64,000 nucleotides of DNA, taken from Lama glama (lineage: Eukaryota). Shown piece after piece: positions 1 to 13,500 of the stretch. Positions within the stretch are counted from its first letter, which is position 1. The number at the start of each line of letters is the position of its first letter. The stretch lies in contig CM052817.1 of NCBI GenBank assembly GCA_028534125.1, positions 37,264,001-37,328,000 on the forward strand, written 5' to 3'. A program made the position numbers and the translations under genes. The notes beneath the pieces were generated by a model. The model saw only the letters and a program-made list of their open reading frames with translations, made no database searches and was not told the DNA's origin.

Positions 1-56
1 TTGTTATGCCCCTCCCAATCCCCACGCCCCAGTAATACCACCACAGAACTCTCTAC

Positions 57-280
57 CTTTATTCTTCTGCGTGAGGACCTCAGCCTGTTCCCAAAGGTCA
101 AAGGCAGTAAGGACGTGGGAAGTGATGGTGACGTAGGAGGAGGTCATGTTCTGGATGGTGACGGGGGTACTGACGGCGGGAGGCAGCCCACTGCTCCCTG
201 CGCTGCCGGCGCTGGGCTGGGAGCCTCCGGAGCCCGCTGGAGAAGGCATTGGAGAGAGGGGGGACGGCGTGCCTGTGCTT
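57..280 (-). CDS. AFF1: AFF1 penultimate coding exon, (R)[14 protein letters not shown]...[12 protein letters not shown]-terminal homology domain
   Basis: Acceptor ttcttccacttccag with a tandem AAG (alternative start 277); donor AAG|gtagag; 224 nt; lies in ORF 4..312. Confidence 0.95.
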
Positions 281-1550
281 CTGGAAGTGGAAGAAAAGAA
301 CCGGTTCATCACCTAAACTCCCACATTACAGAATTCCTGTCTCTGGGACCCGCACGGCTCAAGTCACAAAGTTTTAGTGTGTTCTTGCCAAAATGACAAC
401 CACTTCTAAAATCATTTCTACAAGGACAAAGAGGCACACTTCACCTTCAGTATTCTGGAAATTTATTTCATAAAACACAGTGGGATGGGGTCCTCTGAAT
501 GGAAAAAGTAACTGGGTAGAGATGAGGTGTCCTTCACTGGGCGTAGAATCAGGTGGACAAATCCGTATTCCAAGTGTATTTCCCACGCCCTTTACATATG
601 CTATCCAGCGGCCTGGAATCCCTTTCTCTTTTCATCCCTGATCCAACTTCTCCTAGTAAGACAATACTTCCCGGGAAGATGGTCCTAGTCTCCTATGTAT
701 TCATTCTTTCATCCGCTCAGTACACGTTACGGAGAGCCTCCTCTGCACCTGACACTCTTCCACACACTGGGGCTACATCCTAGCTTCCTTTCTGCCATCA
801 CCTGAACCTCTCTCTCTGCATTTATCACAGCCCGCGATGCTTTTCTGTCTATTCCTTTTCCTGCCTCACAAGCATCTGGAAGGCAGGGACCATTCCTTAC
901 TAATCTCTGCATTTCCAGCACTTAGCACAGCAGGTGCTAAGAGGGGGCTCCTGATAAACACTGGGCCAGCCCACCCACTGCATCAGTGGCTCAGTATGTC
1001 CTCTGCTCTCCTCCTGACTGTACAAGTGAACAAGTGCCTTGATGCGGATCAAATGAGAAACGCAGGCGAAGTCACTCCGACATCTCAGGACTGACAGAGA
1101 ATGGGAAGGTGGGTGTGCAGCAGTGGCCCATGAGGTAGTTACATGTGCCCTGGGCTGCACGGGTCCCAGGTGTCCCCAGCAGGATGTACATGTTCAAAGA
1201 CTAGAAGTAGAAGCTCCCCAGGGGCGCTGTTTACTGCTGCGCCTCTGCACCGAAAACAAGGAAGGTGCTCAGTACACACAGGCTGGACGACTGGTGAAGG
1301 AGCTCCCAAAAACCAAGTGACTGACAACCTATTAACGCAGAACAGCATCTCAGAGGTGGGAGTCATGAAAATTCTCAGAGGTAAAGAAGCTACCTCTCAA
1401 TCAGGGCTTTCTGTTTTTAAGAGAGGTCATATGGGAATCTCTTCTTTGGAATGTGCTGGAAATGGGGTCATTCTTTAGGTGATAGTCTTAAAATAGCAAA
1501 ACCTATCAGAACCAGGAGCTTTTTAAGGAGCACGACCAAATTAAAAGAAT

Positions 1551-1592
<42 letters not shown>

Positions 1593-4500
1593 CTAGGCAA
1601 GTACTAAAAAGAAAATTCTATCTTCATCTTAAAAACACCCACAGAAGGACTCTGGTTTTTCAGTATCTTATGGAATATGTGAGCAACTTCAGTTCACAAA
1701 GTGGGGGAAAGAACTGAGCCAGACCTAACTGTTCTCATTCTAACGTCGCTGCTACAGACCCTGGAGAAGGTGGAAGGCATGTGGTTCAGGACAGTGCTTG
1801 TTTACTGAAATACCCAGACAATCTGTTGTGGAGAAGAAGGACTGTGGCTCTGGTCCTGCTGGCTCTGTCTGTTCTGTGCTGTTAGGCACTTCCACATATC
1901 CTCCCCCTCAGAGCTCTAAAGTTTGAACTCTGTATTCTTTGCAAGTATCATTTTATGTTGCCCAACCAGCAAACACCTTGATTTACAATTATTCCTCAAA
2001 AAGGCAGAAACATGCCAGTGATTTAAGCTGAAGGAGCAAATCAGCACATAGATACATATAATTTTTTGAAAAGCTTAAGTCACAGCAAAAGGTAAAAAAG
2101 AAAGACATCATTTGGGAAGTTATTTAAATTAGACTGATCATTACCTTGCAACACATGGAGAAGGTGCCTGAGTGACTTTGGAGGAAGTCTTGAAGAAGTG
2201 TTCGTTGAGAGTGCGGGAATACTTTATTGCTATATCTTTTTTACAACGGAACATGGCCATGTTCAAAATGGACTGGCAACGCATGCTATGAACATAAAAC
2301 AAGGTGAAGTGAAGTATGACCTCGCAGACACGAGCATCTGTACTACAGGAAGGCAGGCTTGACTCCTTCCACCCCAGCGAGCACACTGGGCTTTTCACCA
2401 TCAACCCGAGCAAGAGGATCTCAAGACTCTCACTGCACCGTTCACATTATCATCAGAGTAAATATTGGTGAAAAAACACAAATATATACAAATATAATTG
2501 AAGTCACAAGCCTAAAGGTCCTGAGTCATCAGTAACATGGCAGTAGACGCCGTTTCACAATAATTAATTATCAGTGGGATTAACCCCTTGGCCATACATC
2601 CTGCCACTTTCTGGTATTGACCTGCCTTTCATGATAATTTTCACTTTAAGAAAACATATACCAGAATCTCTTTGTAATATCGAAAGATGCAAAAGCAACT
2701 GTAATACTATTCAGATAAAGGGGGAAAGTACACACCATAAAACAGCAAATATTTTCTCTTGTGTTGGTGTCGTGGCATCTGAGAAGGATTTTAATGACAT
2801 TATGAACCTACAGGAAAATATAAAATTATATCAGGTTAAAAAAAGGCATCAAGAAAACCCCAGACACAGAGACACCTTATTATGTTTGTCTTGGTTTTGT
2901 ATTGATTTTTGCTGAAGATGTGAAGGCATGACAGCAACCCAGAGGGAAAATGAGGCTTTAGAGCAACGACTCAAGCCATTCAGAAAATCAGGCGAAGACA
3001 CGCCTCTTCTCTGACCTGTGCACCTGCTTGAAACCAAGCAGCAGCCTGTGCCCTTACAGAGCCCCCAGCTGACGTGCAGGTAATAAACAAGGAGAGTTTC
3101 AACCGAGACGAGAAAGCACCTGATCAGAAAGCCAAACTGGAAAAACCAACCCTCTCCCTGAAGGGTTTGGCATCTCACTGTGCACTTGGCAAAACAAGGT
3201 AGCCAGACCCAGTTACTCTGTTCCAGCACTTCGCCTAGAATACATTTAACTTTACAATAAAAAAAAAAATTTCCTGGATCAGTAACTTTTTAAAGGCTCC
3301 CCTTTGTTAAGCTGTCTTCCTACTAAAGTTCAAAAGGATTAAAGCAATAAAGGTGAGGACAGAAGCACTTAAGAGGAAGGCAAAATGACTGGGCACTTAC
3401 TTAATGAGGTCTACGGTTTCAGAGTAGATGGAGTAAGCTGACCTGGACGCTGGGCCCTCCGACTCCATGGCAATCCCACACTCAATGAAGGACAAGGCGG
3501 CTTCCAGGTACTTAAACGCCTTCCCAACCTTGTCCGTCTGTGGGCGAAGAACACAGTCATTGTTAAGCCTAAAAGAGACTTCTAGTTTCTCACACACATT
3601 CTTTACAGTAACTCCCCTCCACCGTCTGACTTTAATTGTGGCTAGAGAGAAGTGTGAGAGCAAACACGCAAAATGGTAACTGAAGCCCGTCACCTCTGAC
3701 CTGCTGAAAATGTCCTCGTGTTACTAGCATGCAATTACTCATTATGTAATTTTCCTGTGAAACAGATTATTCTACACATTATGTGAATAATGCAGACACA
3801 GTTTCTTTGTATGGGCTGAAGTTTATCTTACAATAAGGAGAAAATATTATGGTTTAAGCATCTTAGATGTCATATTGAACAACAATCTTTTTATGTATTT
3901 GAGAGCCCAGCAGATCATCTCCTTGGGAAGTCTGGGTTCAGGGCACAAGGCTATCCCCTGGGCTAACAGGGGTAAAAGTTCAGAGTCCCTTAATGAGAAA
4001 GTAGAAATTTGAATGAAATCAGATGTTGGTGATTACCAAAACCTGAATACACAGTTTGTTACTTAACGCTCTTCTCACTTGGTGGCATTCAGCTCACCCA
4101 GCACGCCTCCACTCGGCACGTGCACCACACGCGGTAAGAGCAACTGATCAACACGGCATTCGCAAGGCTGAGGTTTATGCTGACACCTCTCATTTGACAC
4201 GTTCAAAAAGAAAGAATGAAAACAGGAAAGGTGCAAGTGGAGTATAAGGAGATGGTGGCATGTTAGCGAAGAAAGACGGCTTAGGGCTGCTAGTTTTAAT
4301 TTTTAAACATAACTTGATTTAAAAATATGTCTTCTAGACAAACCAGGCTCAGAATAGTGACAGAATAAAAATCAAATCAGCATGCCCAATTAATCAACAG
4401 TACAGGGCCTTAGTGGTTTGCTTTGCTGGTGGGAATTTAACTCTTCAAACTTACTCATTCAATACCATCTCCTTTCATGGGCTGTCTAAAATTCATATTG

Positions 4501-7500
4501 GCATTAGGGTAGAAATAAAAAAAACCATAGTATAGCAATTGGCCAGTGTCTACCTTCTTAAGTATTTTGTAAGGTTAATAAGTTAATATGTATCTCCTGA
4601 GACAGGGTTAAGGTCTTAGAGTTCTAATTTCCTTACTCAACAGTAGGTAAAATAAGAACAGGAGAAATACACTCCTCTACGTTCAGTTATGCGCTTAACT
4701 ATTTGCAGTGCAAGATGGACAACTTTGGGGCGTTGTACAGCTAAAGGAGAATGTGACAAAGAGGCTGGCCATTCAGGTTTCTGTCCAAATTGGCATATTT
4801 TGAGAGTGGAATGAGCTAGTATTACTTATTAGAATGGGAAGCAGCAGGTACAGGAAGGGAGAAGATGGACATGTGTACAGATTAAAAGCAAAGCCAGAAC
4901 GAAGTTCCCCACAGTATTAATTTTGTTTGAATAATGAGGAAACCTAGTGCTGAAAGTGTCCAGTGTCAAGAAAAGTGTTAGGTCACTGGCTGACCAAGAC
5001 AAGTTTTAGTTTACTGAATATTTGCGCTTTTTCAAAACTCAAAAGATTCGTGTAGTTCTAGCAACAGCTGTGGAAAGTGAAAGGAAGAGGCTGGGAAGAC
5101 ACCACCGTGGGGCTGGTTGCAGGAGGCTTAATGTGACTCAGGTCATCCTGGCACAGGGTCACTTTAGACATAGTGTCTAATTTGTCTCTGTCCCCCTCAC
5201 AGCATCCAGCATGATAAGGACTCAATCAACATTTTACTCTGATGAATGGGGACCTGATAAAAGTGTCTCGGCCCAGCCCTCCCTAGTCTGAGAACAGATG
5301 TGAGTCTACAGAGTCGGGCTGAAGGACACTGGGCAGGGAGTCTGATGGCCACTGTGGACGGATCTGACTCAATCCCTGTGGACCTCCAGACCCTGTGGTT
5401 AGCTGTGCACATGGCAGGATCAAGGCAGCCTCTACCGTTCTCCTGTGGCACAAACTTCAACATACCTGCAGGGGTTTAGGTCTGGGGAATACACTAAGTA
5501 AATAAAAGCCCCAGTGTCTTAGATGTTTAAATATGACAAAGGGCAAACCTTATCTAATTATACTGCAGCAGGGAAGTAAAAGCATATTTAATTATGTATG
5601 CTTTAACATAAACTACCACCTTCCAGAAAGTCCAACAGCCACCAGTTAAAGAGAGTTCACTTCTTTAAAGTATGTTTACCAACAGTGCAATCATTACCTT
5701 CACCTTAAAGTTTTATCTGATGGCACTGGTCTACTGACTAACTTCACTGTTAGTCTCTCAAGGGCTTTAAGATAACTTTGGAATGCAAACAGGCTACCTC
5801 ACTTTTTGAAATGTTTCAGGATAAACACAAACTGACAAGCTTTCAGGAAGCGAAAAGTTGTTTTTCACATCCAAGGAATTGATTCAGGGAGACAAGGAAG
5901 CCCTCATGTATATTAAATAAAACACTAACCAGGCAGGTCAACTTTCAATCATCTAGACATAAAACTTGTGACTAGCAGTTTGTACATCTGCCCATGATCA
6001 GCCTGAATCAACGAAGTAAAAGTAATTTCATTCTCCAGGAACCCCTTGACCCTCAACTCATCAGATCCCACAGCTCCTGTGGGAGTGCCCAGCCCCGCAG
6101 TCCCCCCTTCCACCCCGCACCAGGCTTGACAATACGGAATCCCCAAGAATAAGAGTCAAGACTGACCATTAATTCTGCTTTGTCCTTCAACCTCTTGGCC
6201 TCCTTCATGTGAAAATCTGCCTGCTGTCTGAAAGAGAAGAGAAGATCAGGGGTGAGTCAAAGGAACTTAAAATGACTGGACTGGGGCAAGACGACTTAAG
6301 AAGACTAGAGGGTGACCAAGATGGGAGGAGAGGGAGGGCAGAGAGGAGGGAGGACGGGGGGAAGGGAGTGGGAGGAGAGAGAAGCAGCAGCGTCTATCCA
6401 AAGCCTTACTTGTCAAGCTTCATGTGAGGCTTCCCTGGTTTGGAGTTACCATTTGGCAAAGAAGGCACTGGAAAACGATTTGCAGTATCTCCAGAAGATC
6501 CCTTAAGAAATCATTATACAGATCACACTCTAACATTTAAGATCACTGACCTAAATGTACCAACCCTCTAAATTAGCCCAAAATACTAGTTCAAAAAAGA
6601 GGAAATCAAACACTGCACACTTCAGCGTGGCCAAGAGCTTTCTCAGCTAGATTCCACTGAAACTGTAGTTTTTGATCGTATTTGGGACACAAAAAAAGCT
6701 ATAAGACGGGCATGTCCTAGAGAACAGATTATCAACAAAGCCAAATCTAGTATTTTCTCTTAGGTAAAACACGCGCGCACGCAAGCACACATGTACACGC
6801 ACACTCATCCACCCCACTTTAACAAGAGAGGAATTTGCATTTGAGAAAGTGGATAAATTTTTTCCCATTATAACCAATAATGAAAGTATTTGAAATCAAA
6901 CATCCAAACCAAGAACTAACCAGGGTAAACGATTTTTTTTAACTGCAAAATACCTGATGGAAAATTAACACAAAAATCTATTCTGATTTTTCACCCCGAA
7001 CCACTTTAAGAATAAACTGACATCTAAATTTTCATGTAATATTAACTATCTTTTACTCTCCATACAAAAAAGTAGATTTTTTAAAAAATTATTATTTTAT
7101 TTTTTATGGCAGGGGAGGCAATTAGGTTTTTACTTCGTTATTTTAATGGAGGTACTGGAGGTTGAACCCAGGACCTTGTGCATGCAAGGCATGCACTCTA
7201 CCACTGAGCTATACCCTCCCCCTCAAAAAATAGATCTTAAAACAAAAATAACTCCTTACTACTTTGTTAAAAGTGATGGACAGCTCTGAAATATACCACC
7301 CCTAGCAACTTCTCTCATCTGGGCGTTTGGAGTAAAGCTACACCTCTACGTTCCGGCCCGCACAGCACCGCCTCCCCGCCTTACTCTGTGCTCTGCAGAG
7401 CTTCCAGAGCCCTTCCCCTCTGCTTTTCTGTGCTTGGAAACAGAAGTGTCTTTGTGGTTGCCCTTGGTACTACTGGCACTTTTGGGAGCGTCCTGCCCAC

Positions 7501-10500
7501 AGGAGTCTGCTTCCTGCCGTGGCCTCTTTGGGGCAGACTTGGCTGGCTTCTGGGAAGACGAGGACGAGGATGAGGACGAGGACGACACGAGTGAAGGGGG
7601 AAGCATTTCCTTCTTTGAGGGCTCAGAGGAGGGCCTGGGAGTTCTGGAACGAAACACCATACAAAACTAGGTTAAAGCAGAGCATGAACTGGCTGATTCA
7701 GATGTTGAGCGATAAGGACAAAATGGCTGTTGACATAAAAGATTAAGGTATCACAGAGCATGAAATCCATTCTTGTAGAAAGGTCCAGCTTCAGAGTCCT
7801 TTTTTGATGCCTTCAGAAAATCTAGTTGTAACTATGAGTAATGAATGAAGTCGTGTAATTTGTCCCTAAGCCTGCAGAGTCTGCCAACAGTCTTACCCTG
7901 ACCTACCCAACCTGGTCTGCAATAGTTGCTGCCCAGCCTGCACCTTTCTCTGACAGGCAGGCAGGCCTGGGTGCCACCTGCTCTCTGACCCTGCACATCT
8001 GGCTCTCTCAAGTCTGTTGGCCCCTACATGGTGACACCACTCACTTGTTTTTGCCAAGTCTTTTGTGCTTTTGATAAATCTAAGTTTGCTGCCAAATCAA
8101 CTGTCAATTCCTCTAAGGTCCTCATGGAGGAAAGTAACACATAACAAAATGAGTCCTAAGGGGTTTATTATTTTCTCATTCTACTGTGGAAGAAAAATAT
8201 TTTTGCCATGTCAAGATCCAGGAAGATTTGAGCAGCTTTCTAGACTATTCCTAATCTCTATACTCACTTTGATTTAGAAGAATCTTTGTGGGAGGATGAA
8301 GACGATGACTGTGATTTGACGTCCTTCTCCAGTTTGACTTTCTTGCTATCGTGGTCTCTTTCTGCTTCACCCTATCAGTGTAGTATAACAGAGTAAACTG
8401 TTATAAACATAACTGTGCAGACAAAAGAGAAAAACATACAGCAAAGACAATTAGACTTCGGGAAACATTTAGGTAAGTACCTACTGTGTGTGTCTGTGTA
8501 TGTGTGTGTATTTGGGGGGGGGGGGGTCAGACCATCCAGATTTGACATGACTTATACTGAGAAGATTTCTGCGTGAAGGAGGACTGTCCTTCATACCCAG
8601 GATGCAAACAGCTAAGTTTTCCCACGACAACACGTGTACCAAATTTACAGACTCCCTCCTGGTCTGGGCTCACGTATTAGCACTGTGGGAAGGAGGAGCC
8701 ACCAGCTCTCCAACAAGGACAGTGAAGTGATGGGTTAGAGTCCTTCAATCTACTCAGGTGCATTCAGAACTAAACTCCTGGGGCAGGGAGGAGAGGGGGC
8801 AGGGTACAGCTCAGTTGTAGAGCAGAAGTTCTGGGTTCAATCCCCAGTACCTCCACTTAAAAAAAAGTTTTTAATAAAGGTCAGTCTTTTAAAAACATAT
8901 ATATATATATATATATATATAAAAACAAACAAGTTTATACTGTATGGCCCAGGGAACTATATTCAATGTCTTATAGTAATCTATACTAAAAAAAAGTATG
9001 AAAAGGAATATATGTATGTATATGTATGACTGAAATATTATGTTGTACACCACGAATTGAGGCAACGTTGTAAAGTGACTATACTTCAATAAAAAAGAAT
9101 ACGAAAAAAAAAAAACTAAATTCCTCTGACTGTTGGGGAGTGGGGAGAGAGAGAGAGAGAGAGAGATATCTGGGACACCACCAGCCAATCTAGGACAATC
9201 CCCCCCCAAACCCGAAACCCTCTCTTAGAGCCTTAAAGGGAAAAACATTCAAGTGCTGAGATTGTGGGGGGCCCCCATTTTCACCAGTCTCTCCTTCATT
9301 CTCCAAATTTCTCCAAGAAAAATGAATAAATTAAGATGAGTAGGCTCAAGCTCTCCCCAGGCGCTAATAAGCGGCCTGGCCCCACTCAATAGGAGGGGAA
9401 ACAGCACAGACACACCCTTCCTTCCCCCTAGCATCCTGCAAACAAGTGTGCCCGGTGTGTGCCTCCACCCAGCCTCCTGTGGAAACCATTTCTCTCTCGT
9501 TTCAAAAATGGACCAGTCAAACTGACTTACAAGGATACCTGCTTTTACTCTCTCAGTGCGCACACAAGTGAGAACATTTAGGGAAAATATGGGTAGAGAA
9601 ATTCAATCCAAGGGAAGGCTTATACCCGCTAGAGGCCATCCCCGCACTGCCCTGCATGCTCCATCCCAGAGCTGGGCACGTGGGGAGCGCCTGAACGTGG
9701 CTAGTCCAGGGACAAGTGACATCAGAGACTTTGTGCAAAAAAGGAGAATGTAATCATTAAATTGTCTAAATTATTTCTCTTGGGTTTTTTCCCCTTTTTA
9801 ATATTTTTAATATGGCTGCTAGAAAATTTTGAATTACAAATGTGGCTCACATTGTGTTTCTATTGGACAGCGCAGTTTTACACCCTTTTCTAGAGGTGAT
9901 CTGCAAAATGGACCTTGAACTTCCAATGAGCCTATGCAAAGAAACAATTCTTAAATGTACAGGTTGCTCAGAAATATAACCATTCATTACAGAGAACTGG
10001 GGTAAAAGGACCTTGAGGGACCTACGGAGGAGACAGCGCGGAATGTGACAGCATACACACAGGCACAGCGGGAGCACGACAGGAGGCCGCACGGAGCCCC
10101 GTCTCGCGTGGCAGTGGGCGCGGCCCAGCGGCAGAGCCCCGGGGCGCAGGCCAGGAGGGGCCTGCTGGGGCCCTGCCCGGCGCGTAACTTTCAACGATTC
10201 AAAATAGCACTCAAGAGGTTGGCAGAGAAAACAGAATACACTGGAAATGCCTGGGTTCAAATAGAACCCTACTACCAGGGATATCCTCCTCGTCACTACA
10301 GCCAGGGTGCCCGAGAGGCTCTGCCACCACGGAATTCTCTGGAGCTTTAGATTAAAGGACACACGGCTGGCCCAGCAAACACTGCAAGAGGATGGGCAAT
10401 TTATCTTTGGGAAAAGTCACAGAATTTGCTAAAATATCCAGATAGATACAACTTGTACATGAAACTGCAACATAAACTTTCTTAAAAGGAGGGCATTTTC

Positions 10501-13500
10501 CGGCCGTTAATGACTTGTAGGACTAAGTCCCCAAGACAAAGCTAAGCATTTATGTTCAATGCAGAAGGTTACTTCCTAAAGACAACACCAAACTCCAGAG
10601 GTGGAAGGAGAGGTAATTTTTGTTTGTGTATCTTCATGCTGCTTCGGACATGCTAGTTATGACTGGAAACCACAGTGGCAGACCTTACTAACCGCGCATG
10701 AAAGTAAGGCTCCCAGTGAGTCAAACCTCCCCGACTGGTTTTACCTCCGGCTTGTGCCGTCGGTGACTCAAGAGAACAGCCCAAAACCAAGAATCCCCAC
10801 ACATGAGCTTCCATGCTAGCTAAACACTCTGTTACTGGAATAACATGCTTTCTATTGACATGCAGCAACTTCGAAGCTGATAATATTCTGTAAGCTGGCA
10901 GAAAGTAAGCCACTGAATCAATTAGGCAAAAATCCCCTTCTGTGGACTGGGCCCGCCTGCCAGAGTTCACACCCATCGGCCCGAGGTTAGTATTCCAGTA
11001 CACTCTGCCCTTGGAACCCTCTGGACTCCTGTGGGAACAGTCCCCGAGGAACCCCCAGAGCAGCACTCCGGGGGCGTCTGCCAGCTGGCATGGGAGCAGG
11101 CCTGCACTACAACCCTGAGAGGATGGATTTCGGAAAGGGCCGTTAGAGGGAGTCACCCGATTCTGGGCGCAGGAAAACGCAGACGTGAATTCCAAGACTG
11201 GAAAACATGAGGCAAGGAGTTCTCAACATTTTTCTGGTTCAGAAGCCATTTGAAAGTGAGACGAGAGTGATGTGCTCTCTTCAAGAGGAGAAAGGAGTCT
11301 CCGTTGCCCAGTGGCTAATGCACAGATCAACTCCCATTTCAGGGAACCCCATCTAAGGTTTGGGTCTCAGAAATTCCCTTTTCCAGGACAATGTCTCAAA
11401 GGTGCCTCCATCTCCAACAGGAGGCGGCTGCTGACCACCTGCTCCTGACTGACTTGTTTGCTTTTCTTAACCTGTTGGGTCAGGCAGCCATGGGTTATCT
11501 GCCAAATGCCGCTCCACCTACGAGTGGAGCAAAAGGGCAAGAATGAAGACCATAAAAGGAAGAGCTGGGACAGTCCAGGCCAAGCTGGTTTCTGCAGGGA
11601 AAGCCTCCAGGGCAGCCTGCTGCCTGCCCAGCCTCTGGCTCACCAACAAGGTCCTGTAGGTAACACAGGGAATGAAAGCAGCTTTTGAGAACTGACACTC
11701 ATCTGAGGACACAGTTCCTAATAGGTGGAAAGACAGTCTACTCAGAGCCTGCCATGACAAGGAGAGATGAGGGTCATCTGGCAGGGAAACTGAAGGCGGG
11801 GGGCGGGGGCGCATCAGGATCTCAGGAGGGGGGACAGTGGAGTGACTGAGCCAGAGATGTACAGTGATCTTGAACTATGACCTCGGGCCTCGCTCCAAGA
11901 ATTCCCCCCACCTCCACTCCTGCCAACAGACACTTGTGCATCCCCCCACCCCCCAACAAAAGGTGTGAAAGAGGGAAGATCACCAGACAGGGAGGAGTCA
12001 GCATACTGAGCTCCAGAACCTCTTTCACCAAGTGATGTGGGAGTCTTTCTGGATCTCAGGTATGGAAGGCAGCAGCTGAACAAGAAATGCGAGAGGTTTC
12101 AGTACCGCAATTCTAAACTCCACTGTCCACCCCCACAGGGAAGACGACTAGCTTGATAGCATGGGGAGCACAGCAAATGTGGAGAAGCAGCCTTCTGGGA
12201 ACTTCAGGTACTTTTCCAGGATTTGCCTCTGCAGGTTCAGTAAGACGACACAGAGGGCACCAAGTCCAAGCTGACACCAAACGGGGGCAGGACTTACTGA
12301 AAGAGGTTACAGTCACTGGGATAAGTGCCACAGACAAGGAAAATGAATCCACTTTCCCCCTTCTTTTTGGAGAGGGAATACACGGGCATTAGACTGGTCC
12401 TAAACCAGCTCTTCATATGATGCTCTTAGGGTAACTAACAGGCATGAAGAAATTAGATGTAAGTGGCTTTTTAAGAAATTATAGGGATGACTTTTCAAAC
12501 CCTTGATTTTGAAGGATAATAACTGGGCATGTTGATGTGGAGAATCAACTCAAGGAAAAACAGTCAGATCTTGGATAGAAGGGAAGGTCTAAACCAACCC
12601 TCAAGCAATAAAAATGCACATTTTCCCACCATATCTCATAACTTCCCTCCCCATTCCTCAAAACACACATAAATGATGGCAATGAAATATGTTTCCAAAA
12701 GGGTCCAAGCTTCTTGGTCAGTAAAGCAATTATTTAGAAAAAGGAAAAGACCTGAATGAATGTAACCTCCCAGTCCGTTATTTTTCTGTTAAAGACTGTC
12801 AAGCATTTTATTTGAAAGACAACCTATAAAATGACTGGATTAAATGAGATTATCTACGAAAGTGCCCCGAGCAACACTGAGCTCACAAGGGGAGTTTGAC
12901 GCTAGTTTGCTATGTTAGTAACCTCCCAAATGCACTGCCCTGACTGTGTATTATGTTGTGCATCCCAATGTCAACTTTTCTTTCAAATCTGGAAAACATA
13001 AAGTTTAAAATTCTATAAAAGAAAATATAGGTTCTATTTTAAATTCTAAACTGTAATCAGGTTGAAGAAATTCTGTAGTTTACATAAGGATCATGTGAGT
13101 TCATGATTATTTACCCTTATAATTTTCTCTACTTTTCCTCATGAATTGTCCCCTCCCACTCCTTTAAAGTGGTAAAATACACACAACAGGCACCACATTT
13201 TATGGCTTTATCACAGCTGTTAATCACCATTAACTCTTTGTGATCATCTTCTCACACTTTTGAGTCTACAATGGCTTCAAGGATCTATTAACCCTCTGAA
13301 AATATTTGTAGGATTTTGTGCCAGGAGAAGGATGGGTCTTTAAATAAAAACACTAAAGGCCACTAATGTGAAGGAGCAGGTACATTATTCAACTGCTCTC
13401 ACCACATCCTCATGGAGCTTCTCCTAGTGTTCATACTTAATATGAAGGAAATGGACACGTCTTCACTATCCCAATTTGGGGCATTTCTACCCAAACTTCA

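Noticed and set aside
1..396. Plus-strand 131-aa ORF
   Set aside because: Antisense shadow of the AFF1 exon at 57-280, with no independent coding evidence.
7434..7670. Plus-strand ORF with a signal-peptide-like start and an acidic run
   Set aside because: The acidic run is the reverse complement of the poly-Ser codons, so this is an antisense shadow.
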